Notes: a model not told the origin generated them from the sequence alone. 64,000 nt of DNA from Patescibacteria group bacterium (GCA_038064695.1 JBBTSO010000005.1:106070-170069), one strand, 5' to 3'. Counted from the first letter of the stretch, positions 29,156 through 38,678 are shown. Numbers and translations: made by a program.

Positions 29156-30291
29156 TCAATAAATTTTTCTACAATTGAAGAGTCATAGTCAAGCCTCTGT
29201 GCGTCAAATTCCACCTGTCGTTGTCGAGCATTTTCGATGAGTAAACTGAATTGTTGTGTATATGGTTCACCTGTAGCCTCCCAGAGATAGAAAGCGAGTG
29301 ACCCGGGGATGGAATTTACTTCGGTCAAATAAAGCACGCGGTCCTTAGTGTACATAAAGTCAATACGCACCATCTGACTCTGTCGAGTGGCTCGAAATAC
29401 CTTTTTGGCTGTTTCTTGAATTTCTGATCGCAAAGATTCAGAAATATCAGCAGGAAGCTCTCGATTGAGTGAAGCCATGCCTTGTTGTGCTGTTTTTTTG
29501 CCACCTTTTTCGTACTTTTCCGCAAAACTGAGAAATGCTTCTTTTGAAAGAGGGCGTTCAATCTCGCTTGTCTCAATAACTCCGTTATTTTCTCTCACTG
29601 AACAGTTGTATTCAACAAAGTCTGTAAGTAGGGTTTCAACCAGTATCTCATTATCTACATGCGAGGCTTTTAAAAGAGCTTTTTCAAGTTCAATTTTTGA
29701 GTGTGCGATATCTAGTCCAATTGACGACCCCAGATGAACTGGTTTAACGATGAGATCATCGCCTAGCGTACGACAACACTTTTCAACAATCTCCTGAGTG
29801 TTTTTACGAATTTCTACTGAGGTGAATGACAAACCTGGTACAGTTCTCACTCCTTCTTGAGAAGCTAAATTTTTAGTAATCTGTTTATTGAGTGCTATTA
29901 CGGAACCTTCGATTGAAGGAGATGAATGGGCAATGTTACATGTCTCAAGTAATCCTTGCACTTTTCCACCCTCGCCACCTCCTCCATGAAAAGCCAATAA
30001 TGCTGCATAAGGATAAATGCTTTTTGAAAAAAAACCATTAGTACGCACAAACCCTCCATGTTGGTTTTTTCCAAAAGAAACTGAGACACGTTTGTTTTTT
30101 AAAAATCCTTTTCGAGATTTTAACTTTGGCAAATAATAAAAATCGTTTTCTTTTGAAATATAAATAACGTGCGGAGTATAAACTTCTGTGTCTAAGGCTT
30201 CTAGAGCCTGCAATCCAGTCACGACAGACACCTCGTGTTCGGGTGAAGTTCCCCCAAACATAAGTAATATAGGTTTTCTTTCACTTTTCAT
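29149..30291 (-). CDS. ATP-grasp ligase of the D-Ala-D-Ala ligase family (second, divergent copy)
   Basis: Ddl-like N-terminus ILLMFGGTSPEHEVSVVTG and an ATP-grasp C-terminal half (YTKDRVLYLTEVNSIPG). 380 aa, highly diverged from the adjacent ddl. Confidence 0.7.
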   Translation of the reverse strand: MKSERKPILLMFGGTSPEHEVSVVTGLQALEALDTEVYTPHVIYISKENDFYYLPKLKSRKGFLKNKRVSVSFGKNQHGGFVRTNGFFSKSIYPYAALLAFHGGGGEGGKVQGLLETCNIAHSSPSIEGSVIALNKQITKNLASQEGVRTVPGLSFTSVEIRKNTQEIVEKCCRTLGDDLIVKPVHLGSSIGLDIAHSKIELEKALLKASHVDNEILVETLLTDFVEYNCSVRENNGVIETSEIERPLSKEAFLSFAEKYEKGGKKTAQQGMASLNRELPADISESLRSEIQETAKKVFRATRQSQMVRIDFMYTKDRVLYLTEVNSIPGSLAFYLWEATGEPYTQQFSLLIENARQRQVEFDAQRLDYDSSIVEKFIDQ

Positions 30292-31252
30292 ACACGAGTT
30301 TCAGAATGTGCTCAATAAATTCACTCATATTAACACCGACAGACCCTAATGCTACTGAAAATAGTGAAATGTCTCTTAGGTCGGGCAGAGTATTCACTTC
30401 CAAAAAGTAAATACCTCGGGGGGATACAATAAAATCACTACGCGAGTAATGTCTGAGCCCCAAAGCGCTATGCGATACCGCGGCGAGCGACTTTAACTCC
30501 GCACTTTCACGATCAGAAAACGACCCTGGACAACGCTCTATGGTGCGCGGGTTGTATTTTGTTTCGTAATCAAAAAACGTGCTTTGTGCTGGTAAGACAA
30601 TTTCAACGGGGGGCAAGCGGTAAACGGGCTCTCCACGAAGTCCCTCAACCACGCCCACCGTTGCTTCTTTTCCTGGAATGTATTCCTCTATCAAAATTTG
30701 AGGAGAAAACTGGAATGCGTTTTTTACTCCCGTTTGAAATTCAAAGAAGTTCTTTGCGAGTGTTACACCCACTGAAGAACCCGCACTCACCGGCTTAATA
30801 ACTGAGGGTTGCGGAAAATGCCGAAACGCATGTAGTATTTCACGATCAAGGGTGTCAGAAACTGAAAGCGTTATTCCGTAGGGAGTTTTTACCCCCATAC
30901 TCTCTAGCGTTTTTTTAGTAAGCACTTTATTCATCGCAACAGATGAAGCGTACGTGCGACTGCCGGTGTACGGAACACCTATGCGCTCTAGTACGCGCTG
31001 AACACCTCCGTCTTCCCCATACTCACCATGAAGCGCATTCCACACGACATCAACTCCCGTTAAACTTTTCTCAGGGGACGCAGGAACGCCACGAACAAAC
31101 CACTCACCCCCTTTATCAATAAAAATGTCTCGCGTTTTGTACTGCTCCGAAAATGAATGCGCTAACTGTTGCAGTACCGCGGCACCTGTTTTTAACGAAA
31201 CATCATGTTCCGCTCCCACTCCTCCGCGAATAACGGCGACAGTTTTTTGCAT
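30281..31252 (-). CDS. ddl: D-alanine--D-alanine ligase
   Basis: VAVIRGGVGAEHDVSLKTG, EEYIPGKE and SRSDFIVSPRGIYFLEVNTLPDL. 323 aa. Confidence 0.9.
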   Translation of the reverse strand: MQKTVAVIRGGVGAEHDVSLKTGAAVLQQLAHSFSEQYKTRDIFIDKGGEWFVRGVPASPEKSLTGVDVVWNALHGEYGEDGGVQRVLERIGVPYTGSRTYASSVAMNKVLTKKTLESMGVKTPYGITLSVSDTLDREILHAFRHFPQPSVIKPVSAGSSVGVTLAKNFFEFQTGVKNAFQFSPQILIEEYIPGKEATVGVVEGLRGEPVYRLPPVEIVLPAQSTFFDYETKYNPRTIERCPGSFSDRESAELKSLAAVSHSALGLRHYSRSDFIVSPRGIYFLEVNTLPDLRDISLFSVALGSVGVNMSEFIEHILKLVYEK

Positions 31253-31291
31253 CGTTATCCAATAATACTACAACCTTTTGTAAGTTCGTTT

Positions 31292-33181
31292 TTAAATTTC
31301 AATAATTAAAGGAACCAACTTAACAGTCACTTGAACAAATTGTGGGTCGCCATTGAGGTCATCACAACTTAAGGTAAAAATAGTTTCCGTGGTGAGTGCT
31401 GACGAATTGCGTAAACCTGATGAGGTAAGTCCTGAAAAAGAATCGCCATTCGTTCCCGCGATGCTACACGAACCACTTTCAATGTCAGTTGCGCTCCAGG
31501 TCAATGTCGCTGCAGTTTGTGGTTGTACCAGTTCAGATGCAGTAAAAGAAAGCGCGGCTGTAGGGAGTGATTCTTCAACACCGTCCGAAGGGCCCGTGCA
31601 GGCATTAACATCCGCGAGGTCAATAAGGTCATTTCCGTTATCGTCTAGCCCGTTAGCACACTGGGGGTTTGGAGATTCCGTTGTATCGGCAAGTGACGCG
31701 CAGCCATAGTCATTGGGATAGTCTATGAGCACATCTTCACCTGCATCATTATTTATCCCGTCTGAACACTGAGGATTGGGCGACTCGGTCGTATCAGACC
31801 CATCGGCACAACCGGGATCTGCGAGGTCTGTGTACGCGTCACCGTCATTATTTACTCCGTCGGCACACTGCGGAGTTGGATTACCAATGGTGATTGTGTG
31901 TGAGGTCCAGCCAGACTGCGCGCCCGCACTGTCTTGAGTTCGTGCCTTCACTATATATGAGTTTTGCGTAGCCCATTGGTAAAGGGTGCTTAAAAGCGTG
32001 TTTGACGTCGTGTATCCGCTCGCCGGAAGATTCAAATCAACGATTCCATCATTATTCCAGTCAACTCTGTAGCGAACCGTGTTGTTGTCGGGGTCGGATG
32101 CACGAAACGAAAACGTATAGTTGGCGCTCGTCACTCCTGTTGAAGGAGCAGTGATCGTGGGGACGTTTGGAAGTTGATTATACGTTACCGTCGCCGTATC
32201 GGTAATTTGATTCGGTGCAGAACCACCATTACATTGGTAGAGATCTGAAATGAGGTTACAGTAGGTGTTCGGACCACCTCCTCCTGACCAACTATTTACG
32301 GCACAGGTCTGTGAGCCAACGCAGGCAGTACCAGAAGGATCGGCGTTATTGGTACACTGGTTATTGGTGTAATAGTTACTATAGCTTGGTGGTGGTGGGC
32401 CTGAGCTGCACCACAAGTCAGTGACGTCCGTTACTCCTGTGTCTACCCACACACCTGGCGTTGCTGAGTACACTTCACTATCACAGGTGATGCTGTATGT
32501 TTTTGTTGTGGTGGGAGTAATAGTTACAGAACCGCTCGTGTTTCCCCCTGTAGAAAAGTTAGTGCCATTACAGAGAGTTGCGCGGGCTGAAGTCCAAGAA
32601 ATTAAAACAGAGCTTCCCGCGGTCACCGTTGTAGGAGAGACGGTTAAGTCAACGCTCGGGTCCGGTGGTGGCGGTGGATCATTGACGGTCACCGTGTCAG
32701 AAGCAGTTGCGGTAGTACACGAACCCTGACATTGAAACTGTCGGTGTGTCCACGTTCCACCTCCGTTGGAGGTACTCGACTGACATGTCCCTCCGTTTGG
32801 AGAACAACTTCCAGCTGGAGAGTAACTAATGTTTGTACTACAATTATTTGATCCAGGAGCGTCTTCAATATACGAGTCTGTTTGAACAAGTGTGCACGCT
32901 GGCGTTTCATCGTAACAAGTAACGGCGTACGTTTTAACTCCACTTGAACTTGGATATACTGTGGTGCTTCCGCTCTTTGCGTTCCCTGTTGAGAATCCGC
33001 TCCCCACACACTTCCACGCATCAGTTGAACTCCACGTAATGGTTACTGCTCCTTGCGTATATTGAGTTGCGGGAGTCGCGGTAACGGTTGCTGTTGCACC
33101 AAAAGCAAGCGTCGGGAAAAACAGTATGCTAATCATAAGCAACCCGAAGAATGAAAAGGAATTTTTTAAGTACAGCACCAT
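31292..33181 (-). CDS. large secreted Thr/Ser/Cys/Gly-rich surface protein with three Cys-flanked Asp/Asn-rich putative Ca-binding repeats
   Basis: Signal peptide, then 629 aa of low-complexity Thr/Cys-rich sequence. Three approx. 36-aa repeats: PQCADGVNNDGDAYTDLADPGCADGSDTTES, PQCSDGINNDAGEDVLIDYPNDYGCASLADTTES, PQCANGLDDNGNDLIDLADVNACTGPSDGVEES. PPPPPDP linker. Confidence 0.7.
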   Translation of the reverse strand: MVLYLKNSFSFFGLLMISILFFPTLAFGATATVTATPATQYTQGAVTITWSSTDAWKCVGSGFSTGNAKSGSTTVYPSSSGVKTYAVTCYDETPACTLVQTDSYIEDAPGSNNCSTNISYSPAGSCSPNGGTCQSSTSNGGGTWTHRQFQCQGSCTTATASDTVTVNDPPPPPDPSVDLTVSPTTVTAGSSVLISWTSARATLCNGTNFSTGGNTSGSVTITPTTTKTYSITCDSEVYSATPGVWVDTGVTDVTDLWCSSGPPPPSYSNYYTNNQCTNNADPSGTACVGSQTCAVNSWSGGGGPNTYCNLISDLYQCNGGSAPNQITDTATVTYNQLPNVPTITAPSTGVTSANYTFSFRASDPDNNTVRYRVDWNNDGIVDLNLPASGYTTSNTLLSTLYQWATQNSYIVKARTQDSAGAQSGWTSHTITIGNPTPQCADGVNNDGDAYTDLADPGCADGSDTTESPNPQCSDGINNDAGEDVLIDYPNDYGCASLADTTESPNPQCANGLDDNGNDLIDLADVNACTGPSDGVEESLPTAALSFTASELVQPQTAATLTWSATDIESGSCSIAGTNGDSFSGLTSSGLRNSSALTTETIFTLSCDDLNGDPQFVQVTVKLVPLIIEI

Positions 33182-33182
33182 A

Positions 33183-34109
33183 TTATGGAATTATAGAATA
33201 CGGCACATACCCCGCTTCAAATGTGTGCAGAAACTCACTGGGGATGGCTGGCTCTATAAAGTCCGCAAACTGATATCTTTGGAGAATGAACTCGTTATTT
33301 TCTTGATTTCTAGTGATTCCATAGAAACTGGCCGCATCCAGCGCCGCGGCATCAACAGCTGCTGGAACCTCACCGAGAGCACTCAGTTCAAAGGGAAACT
33401 CACCTTTTACTGAATATAGACTAAATCGTTTGGTGACTGGATTAAAAAACGCAATGTGTCCCCCGCGTGGAGCAACTAACGCAGCTTGCCCAATATATCC
33501 AACGGGACGGTCAGGTAATAACACCATTTTGTCTTTTAAAAGATAGTCATACGCCACCACGCCGTCGGGAGAAGAATAAATTAAAATTTTTGGATTCTCA
33601 GAAACGAGATACGGCTTAAACCCAACACCAATAACTTCTTTCTCTTCGGTATCAATATTTTGCAATACGACATTCCAGTCAGAAATGTTTTCTGAATAGA
33701 GTGTACTTCCAAAAGGCACATTGAGTTCTGCGTAGGCAACATAGGTGCCGTCAGGAGAGAAAGAAATAGCATCTTTTATGGATGAAGCGTCACTGATAAC
33801 TTTATTTCCCTCCGCCGACTCTAAAAAAATAACATTACCAATCTGGTTAGGCCAACGTACGATTGAGACGGTCGTTTTTGTGTTTGGCAAGCGCGCTCGC
33901 GCCAGTACTGACCCGTCATTTATAAAAGGGAGCGGAGTAAGTTTTTCATCACCCACTTCATACGCATCCGCTTTTATATAATTTCCTATAAGAATCTGAG
34001 TTGGCTCACGTTTGTCGGTGAGCAAAATTTTAGAAAAGAAAAACCACCCAACCACAGAAAGTAACAGTAATGAAAGAATAACAAAAGCAAAATACCTTTT
34101 CTTTATCAC
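33183..34109 (-). CDS. membrane-anchored putative beta-propeller protein (TolB-like repeats)
   Basis: N-terminal TM, then repeated SFSPDGTYVAY and SSPDGVVAY motifs of the WD40-like/TolB beta-propeller type. Confidence 0.5.
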   Translation of the reverse strand: MIKKRYFAFVILSLLLLSVVGWFFFSKILLTDKREPTQILIGNYIKADAYEVGDEKLTPLPFINDGSVLARARLPNTKTTVSIVRWPNQIGNVIFLESAEGNKVISDASSIKDAISFSPDGTYVAYAELNVPFGSTLYSENISDWNVVLQNIDTEEKEVIGVGFKPYLVSENPKILIYSSPDGVVAYDYLLKDKMVLLPDRPVGYIGQAALVAPRGGHIAFFNPVTKRFSLYSVKGEFPFELSALGEVPAAVDAAALDAASFYGITRNQENNEFILQRYQFADFIEPAIPSEFLHTFEAGYVPYSIIP

Positions 34110-34142
34110 GTTAACATTATACCATTGGACAAGAATATCTCT

Positions 34143-35369
34143 CTACCTTTTCCGCAACGCTTTACGATGACGCCCAATTGAAAAGCGATGCGCTTCGCTG
34201 TTTGCCAAAAGAATTGCGGCTTCGTGGGGAAAAGTTATTTTTGGGTTTCCCAACACTTCCCGAGGCCGGTGTTTTTCATCTTTCACCACCGACACAATGT
34301 CGCCGCTGTAGCCTAAATCAAAAAGTGTTTTTTTAGCACGTGCTACGTGCGCCTTCCCGCCGTCAATTACAACCAGGTGAGGTAGAGGCCACTCGCGGTG
34401 TGAAAAACGTCTCGTCAAAACTTCATCAAGCGCTGCGTAGTCGTCCCCCGCTTTTCCATTTCGAATGGTAAATAGGCGATACTGACTTTTTTGTACCTCA
34501 CCATCCTCAACTACCACCATCACCCCTCTCGGCGAACTACCCCGAAGGTGCGCCACATCAAACGCCTCAATGCGGTATGCAGTACTTTCTGGTTTTTTTA
34601 GCTCCTCTTTAATGAGTGTTAAATCCTGAATGTGTCGAAGCGCAAACACTTTTCTTTTTAACACTTCAGCTTCTTCAAAGTGGTGTGTTGCAGCTTTCGC
34701 GTTCATTTCTCGTTCTAAGCGTTTAACCAAACCGGCTTTGTTGGCAGAGAAAATATCAATAATAGCCCTGATTGTTTTTTGATACTCACCCTTATTAAAC
34801 GTTTGCGGATAGAGTCCGATAGATTGATTAAAGCGGATTTTTTTTTCTTGTGCTGGAGTTAGCTTTCCAGCACCCACAGGAAATTCTGTATCAAAAAACG
34901 GGAAAATTTTTCGTATAATTTTTAACGCTTCGCGTAATGCTACAGCACTTGGAAATGGTCCAAACAACTCTTTTACTGTTTTTGCGGGAAATCGCTGAGC
35001 AAGTTCGCGTTCTCGAACTACTAAGACCCTGGGAAATGTCTCCTTAGTCACCACGATAAAATTCCAACTTTTATTATCCTTGTTACTCGTATTTCCTACG
35101 GGAGTATATTTTTTAATAAGTTTTGCTTCTAAAATAAGTGCCTCTAACACTGAGTCAGTTTGCTCAAATTCAAGGGTTGATGCGTCAGTAACAATTTTTT
35201 CAATCAGTGGGCTCCGTATTTCTGCAATGTTTGATGCAAAATAACTTTTTACACGATCCCGAAGCGATGTTGCTTTGCCCACGTACAGCACTTCTCGTTT
35301 TGACCCGCGGAAAAAGTACACTCCGGGAGCGTCAGGAAAATCTTTAAATGAAACGTCTTTTTTGTTCAT
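34143..35369 (-). CDS. uvrC: excinuclease ABC subunit C, short form lacking C-terminal (HhH)2 domain
   Basis: GIY-YIG PGVYFFRGSKREVLYVGKATSLRDRVKSYF, UvrB-interaction region, and RNase-H-like endonuclease domain (RIEAFDVAHLRG...VVVEDG). Ends at 408 aa. Confidence 0.85.
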   Translation of the reverse strand: MNKKDVSFKDFPDAPGVYFFRGSKREVLYVGKATSLRDRVKSYFASNIAEIRSPLIEKIVTDASTLEFEQTDSVLEALILEAKLIKKYTPVGNTSNKDNKSWNFIVVTKETFPRVLVVRERELAQRFPAKTVKELFGPFPSAVALREALKIIRKIFPFFDTEFPVGAGKLTPAQEKKIRFNQSIGLYPQTFNKGEYQKTIRAIIDIFSANKAGLVKRLEREMNAKAATHHFEEAEVLKRKVFALRHIQDLTLIKEELKKPESTAYRIEAFDVAHLRGSSPRGVMVVVEDGEVQKSQYRLFTIRNGKAGDDYAALDEVLTRRFSHREWPLPHLVVIDGGKAHVARAKKTLFDLGYSGDIVSVVKDEKHRPREVLGNPKITFPHEAAILLANSEAHRFSIGRHRKALRKR

Positions 35370-35408
35370 TTTGACTAACTATACCAAACAGGGTACCGTG
35401 CGGGCAGT

Positions 35409-35747
35409 ATGGCTGAATCACTAGATGCAAAGCCGACACTAACGATTGAAAGGGTTGCTTTACTCATAGCATTTGCGAGTCTTATATATTATTACTTCAC
35501 ACCCGACATTGACTACTCAAGTGCCACGCTTGAACTGACTCCTGAACAGGAGGCTGACCGCGTCGTTACTTTTTATGAAGGACTTGGATATGACGAAGTA
35601 TACAAAGACTATGAAAACGGTGTGTGTATTGAAACTGGCGGACCACACGTACGTGCTTTTGAAACGGTCTGGAGAGGATCGATGACAGGAGGAGGAATGA
35701 TACGAGATGTAATGCGACGGTGTCTCGCGTGTGGAGAACTACTGTAA
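35409..35747 (+). CDS. small membrane protein with C-terminal CLAC motif, hypothetical
   Basis: 112 aa with TM helix VALLIAFASLIYYYF. Confidence 0.4.
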   Translation: MAESLDAKPTLTIERVALLIAFASLIYYYFTPDIDYSSATLELTPEQEADRVVTFYEGLGYDEVYKDYENGVCIETGGPHVRAFETVWRGSMTGGGMIRDVMRRCLACGELL

Positions 35748-35761
35748 CGATAGGAATAAGT

Positions 35762-38437
35762 CTATAAAACTTTCTTTACATATTCTGCTGTGTAACTTCC
35801 TTTGGCGCGGGCTACTTCCTCTGGTGTACCTTTTGCCACGATTTTCCCTCCACCCACTCCCCCGTCGGGCCCAATATCAATGAGATAATCAGACGATTTT
35901 ATCAAATCCATATTGTGTTCAATGGTCAAAACCGTGTTTCCTTTGTTTACAAGAGACTGCAAAATTTCTATAAGTTTTTTTACGTCTTCATAGTGAAGCC
36001 CGATAGTCGGTTCGTCCAAAATATAGATCGTTTTTTCCGTGTGCCTGCGATACAGTTCTGAAGAAATTTTTACACGCTGTGCTTCTCCACCTGAAAGTGT
36101 TGTAGCACTTTGCCCAAGTTCTAAATACCCAAGCCCAACATCATAGAGTGTTTGGAGCCGGTCCGCAATAGCGGGAATATCATTAAAAAACTCTAACGCT
36201 TCTTCAACGGTCATCGTGAGTACATCGTGGATATTTTTCTTTTTGTAGGTAACTTCTAAGGTTTCCTTCATAAACCGGTTTCCGTTACAAACGTCACAGG
36301 TAACGTACACGGTCGGTAAAAAGTGCATTTCAACCGCAACCGTTCCGTTTCCCTGACATGCTTCACATCGCCCTCCTTTTACGTTGAAAGAAAATCTTCC
36401 TCCCTTCCACCCACGTGCCTTCGCTTCAGACGTTGCGGCAAATAGATCGCGAATATGTGAAAACGCGCCGGTATAGGTTGCGGGGTTAGAGCGTGGTGTA
36501 CGCCCAATGGGACTCTGGTCAATCAACACCACGCGCGAAAGATATTCCGCGCCCGTAAAGGAGGTGCAGTTGTATATTTTTGCCGTTCGATAGTTACGCT
36601 CTAACTTTGCGCGCAAGTTTTTATAGAGAAGTTCATATACAAACGACGATTTCCCCGACCCCGAAACACCCGTGACTGAAATAAACTGCCCCAACGGAAC
36701 ATCAATATCCATATTTTTTATATTGAAAATGTTTCCTCCGCGCACTTTTAACTCTCCGAACTTCTGTGTGCGACGCTCCGCGGGAATTTCAATTTCCTCT
36801 TCTTTACGTAAATATGCGAGTGTCTTAGAATTGCTGTCATTCCTTTTTGCGGAAAGCAGTTTATCTAACCATCCTGCGACCACAATATCGCCTCCGTGCA
36901 CTCCCGCTCCCGGTCCAATATCTACTAAAAAATCCGAGGCGAAGATAGTATCCTCGTCGTGTTCAACTACAATAATAGTATTTCCTGCATCCCGAAGTGA
37001 CGTCAATGTTTGAATAAGGCGCGCGTTGTCTTTCTGATGAAGCCCAATCGTTGGCTCATCAAGCACGTAGAGCGCGCCCACCAATCCACTCCCCAACTGA
37101 CTTGCAAGCCTAATACGTTGTGCTTCTCCACCTGAAAGCGTGTTGGCGGTACGGTCAAGCGTCAAATACCCAATACCCACGTCAATCATAAACTGCAGGC
37201 GGTTTAAAATTTCCTTCACGACCGTATTTGAAATTTCCTGTTGTTTTTTGGTGAGCTTGAGACCTAAAACAAAATCCTGTGCGTCAACAATAGACATATG
37301 GGTTAAGTCCACGATGTTTTTCCCAAGTTCTTTTCCCTCGCCACCCAAGTACACACGGAGCGCTTCCGGACGAAGGCGTTTTCCGCTACACACTGGGCAC
37401 TCGTCGAGCGCAAAAAAACCCACGGTCCCAAGCCCGTTACATTCAGGACACGCGCCGTACGGAGAGTTGAATGAAAACAACCGCGGCTCAATTTCGGGAA
37501 ACGACGACCCATCTTCAGGGCAAATAAACTTGGCCGAAAGCAAACGTGGCTCGTCCACCCACTGGGTCAAAGACCCAGCGGAAGAAATGAACTGAGGGCT
37601 TTCAATTTTAATGAGCCCGCTTGATTCCCGAAGTGCTAGTTCTACTGCTTCGCTTAAACGTTCACTCGCGTCTGCTTTTGCAGTGTCAAACTCAGAGAGA
37701 AATATTTCATCCACCACCAAGTCAATGTCGTGGCGCTTGTTTTTATCAAGCTCTATCCGCTCGCGGAGCGAATATTCGCTTCCGTCTACCACCACTCGCT
37801 CAAATCCTTTTCCAAGGTAATCGTAAAGCATTTGGTAATACTCACCTTTTCTCCCCACCACCACTGGTGAGAGGATTTTTAACTTCGCGTTTGAATATGC
37901 TACCCCTTTGACGGTTTTTGATGTTTTTTTTAAATCAATGTCCGCAATGGACTTTAAAATAATTTTGAGAATTTCCTCTTTAGAAAGTTTTTCAATGGGC
38001 ACGTCGTGGTGCAAACAGTACGGCTGGCCCACACGCGCGTAAAGAATGCGCAGATAGTCATAAATTTCAGTAATAGTTGCGACCGTTGAACGAGGGTTAT
38101 TACTTCTGGACTTCTGATCAATAGCAATGGCGGGCGAGAGACCGGTAATTTCCTCCACGTCCGGCTTCTGCATTTGGTTCAAAAACTGCCTGGCGTACGC
38201 GGAAAGTGACTCCACGTAGCGCCGTTGTCCCTCGGCAAAAATAGTATCAAAGGCAAGTGACGATTTTCCGGATCCTGAAAGCCCCGTAAACACCACCATT
38301 TTGTTACGTGGTATTTCCAACGTAATATTTTTCAAATTGTGCGTCTTGGCACCCCGTATAACGATTTTCTCCGTCCCTAAATCAGGGGTTTCAATGACAT
38401 CTTTGACTGGTTTTTTAGAAGACATACACGTAAACAC
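35762..38437 (-). CDS. uvrA: excinuclease ABC subunit A
   Basis: Two ABC modules with Walker A GLSGSGKSS and GVSGSGKSS, zinc-finger Cys pairs, signature LSGGEAQR twice. Confidence 0.95.
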   Translation of the reverse strand: MFTCMSSKKPVKDVIETPDLGTEKIVIRGAKTHNLKNITLEIPRNKMVVFTGLSGSGKSSLAFDTIFAEGQRRYVESLSAYARQFLNQMQKPDVEEITGLSPAIAIDQKSRSNNPRSTVATITEIYDYLRILYARVGQPYCLHHDVPIEKLSKEEILKIILKSIADIDLKKTSKTVKGVAYSNAKLKILSPVVVGRKGEYYQMLYDYLGKGFERVVVDGSEYSLRERIELDKNKRHDIDLVVDEIFLSEFDTAKADASERLSEAVELALRESSGLIKIESPQFISSAGSLTQWVDEPRLLSAKFICPEDGSSFPEIEPRLFSFNSPYGACPECNGLGTVGFFALDECPVCSGKRLRPEALRVYLGGEGKELGKNIVDLTHMSIVDAQDFVLGLKLTKKQQEISNTVVKEILNRLQFMIDVGIGYLTLDRTANTLSGGEAQRIRLASQLGSGLVGALYVLDEPTIGLHQKDNARLIQTLTSLRDAGNTIIVVEHDEDTIFASDFLVDIGPGAGVHGGDIVVAGWLDKLLSAKRNDSNSKTLAYLRKEEEIEIPAERRTQKFGELKVRGGNIFNIKNMDIDVPLGQFISVTGVSGSGKSSFVYELLYKNLRAKLERNYRTAKIYNCTSFTGAEYLSRVVLIDQSPIGRTPRSNPATYTGAFSHIRDLFAATSEAKARGWKGGRFSFNVKGGRCEACQGNGTVAVEMHFLPTVYVTCDVCNGNRFMKETLEVTYKKKNIHDVLTMTVEEALEFFNDIPAIADRLQTLYDVGLGYLELGQSATTLSGGEAQRVKISSELYRRHTEKTIYILDEPTIGLHYEDVKKLIEILQSLVNKGNTVLTIEHNMDLIKSSDYLIDIGPDGGVGGGKIVAKGTPEEVARAKGSYTAEYVKKVL

Positions 38438-38486
38438 ACCCGCTTCGGACGATGTATGTACCTATCGTACCATAAAGACGTTTAAG

Positions 38487-38678
38487 TTACGGGGATTTTA
38501 CGAGACGAGAGGCAATTTTTGACATAATGAAGAAAAAGGCAGCCCAAATAATAACTTGACTACCAATCAAACCTACCTGTTCAACGGTACTCAAAGAATT
38601 CCACGCCTCAACGATAGGTGTCACATCTTCACCTTCTTTTGGAGAAGCTTTTTCAAGCAATGGACCTAGTATACTCAT
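38487..38678 (-). CDS. small membrane protein, hypothetical
   Basis: 63 aa with C-terminal TM helix VIIWAAFFFIMSKI. Confidence 0.35.
   Translation of the reverse strand: MSILGPLLEKASPKEGEDVTPIVEAWNSLSTVEQVGLIGSQVIIWAAFFFIMSKIASRLVKSP

Noticed and set aside
26600-30450. Integrase/recombinase or phage genes associated with the att-like duplications
   Set aside because: Looked for tyrosine/serine recombinase motifs in every ORF between and around the duplicated 3-prime ends. None are present. The elements are either non-autonomous or the duplications arose by another mechanism.
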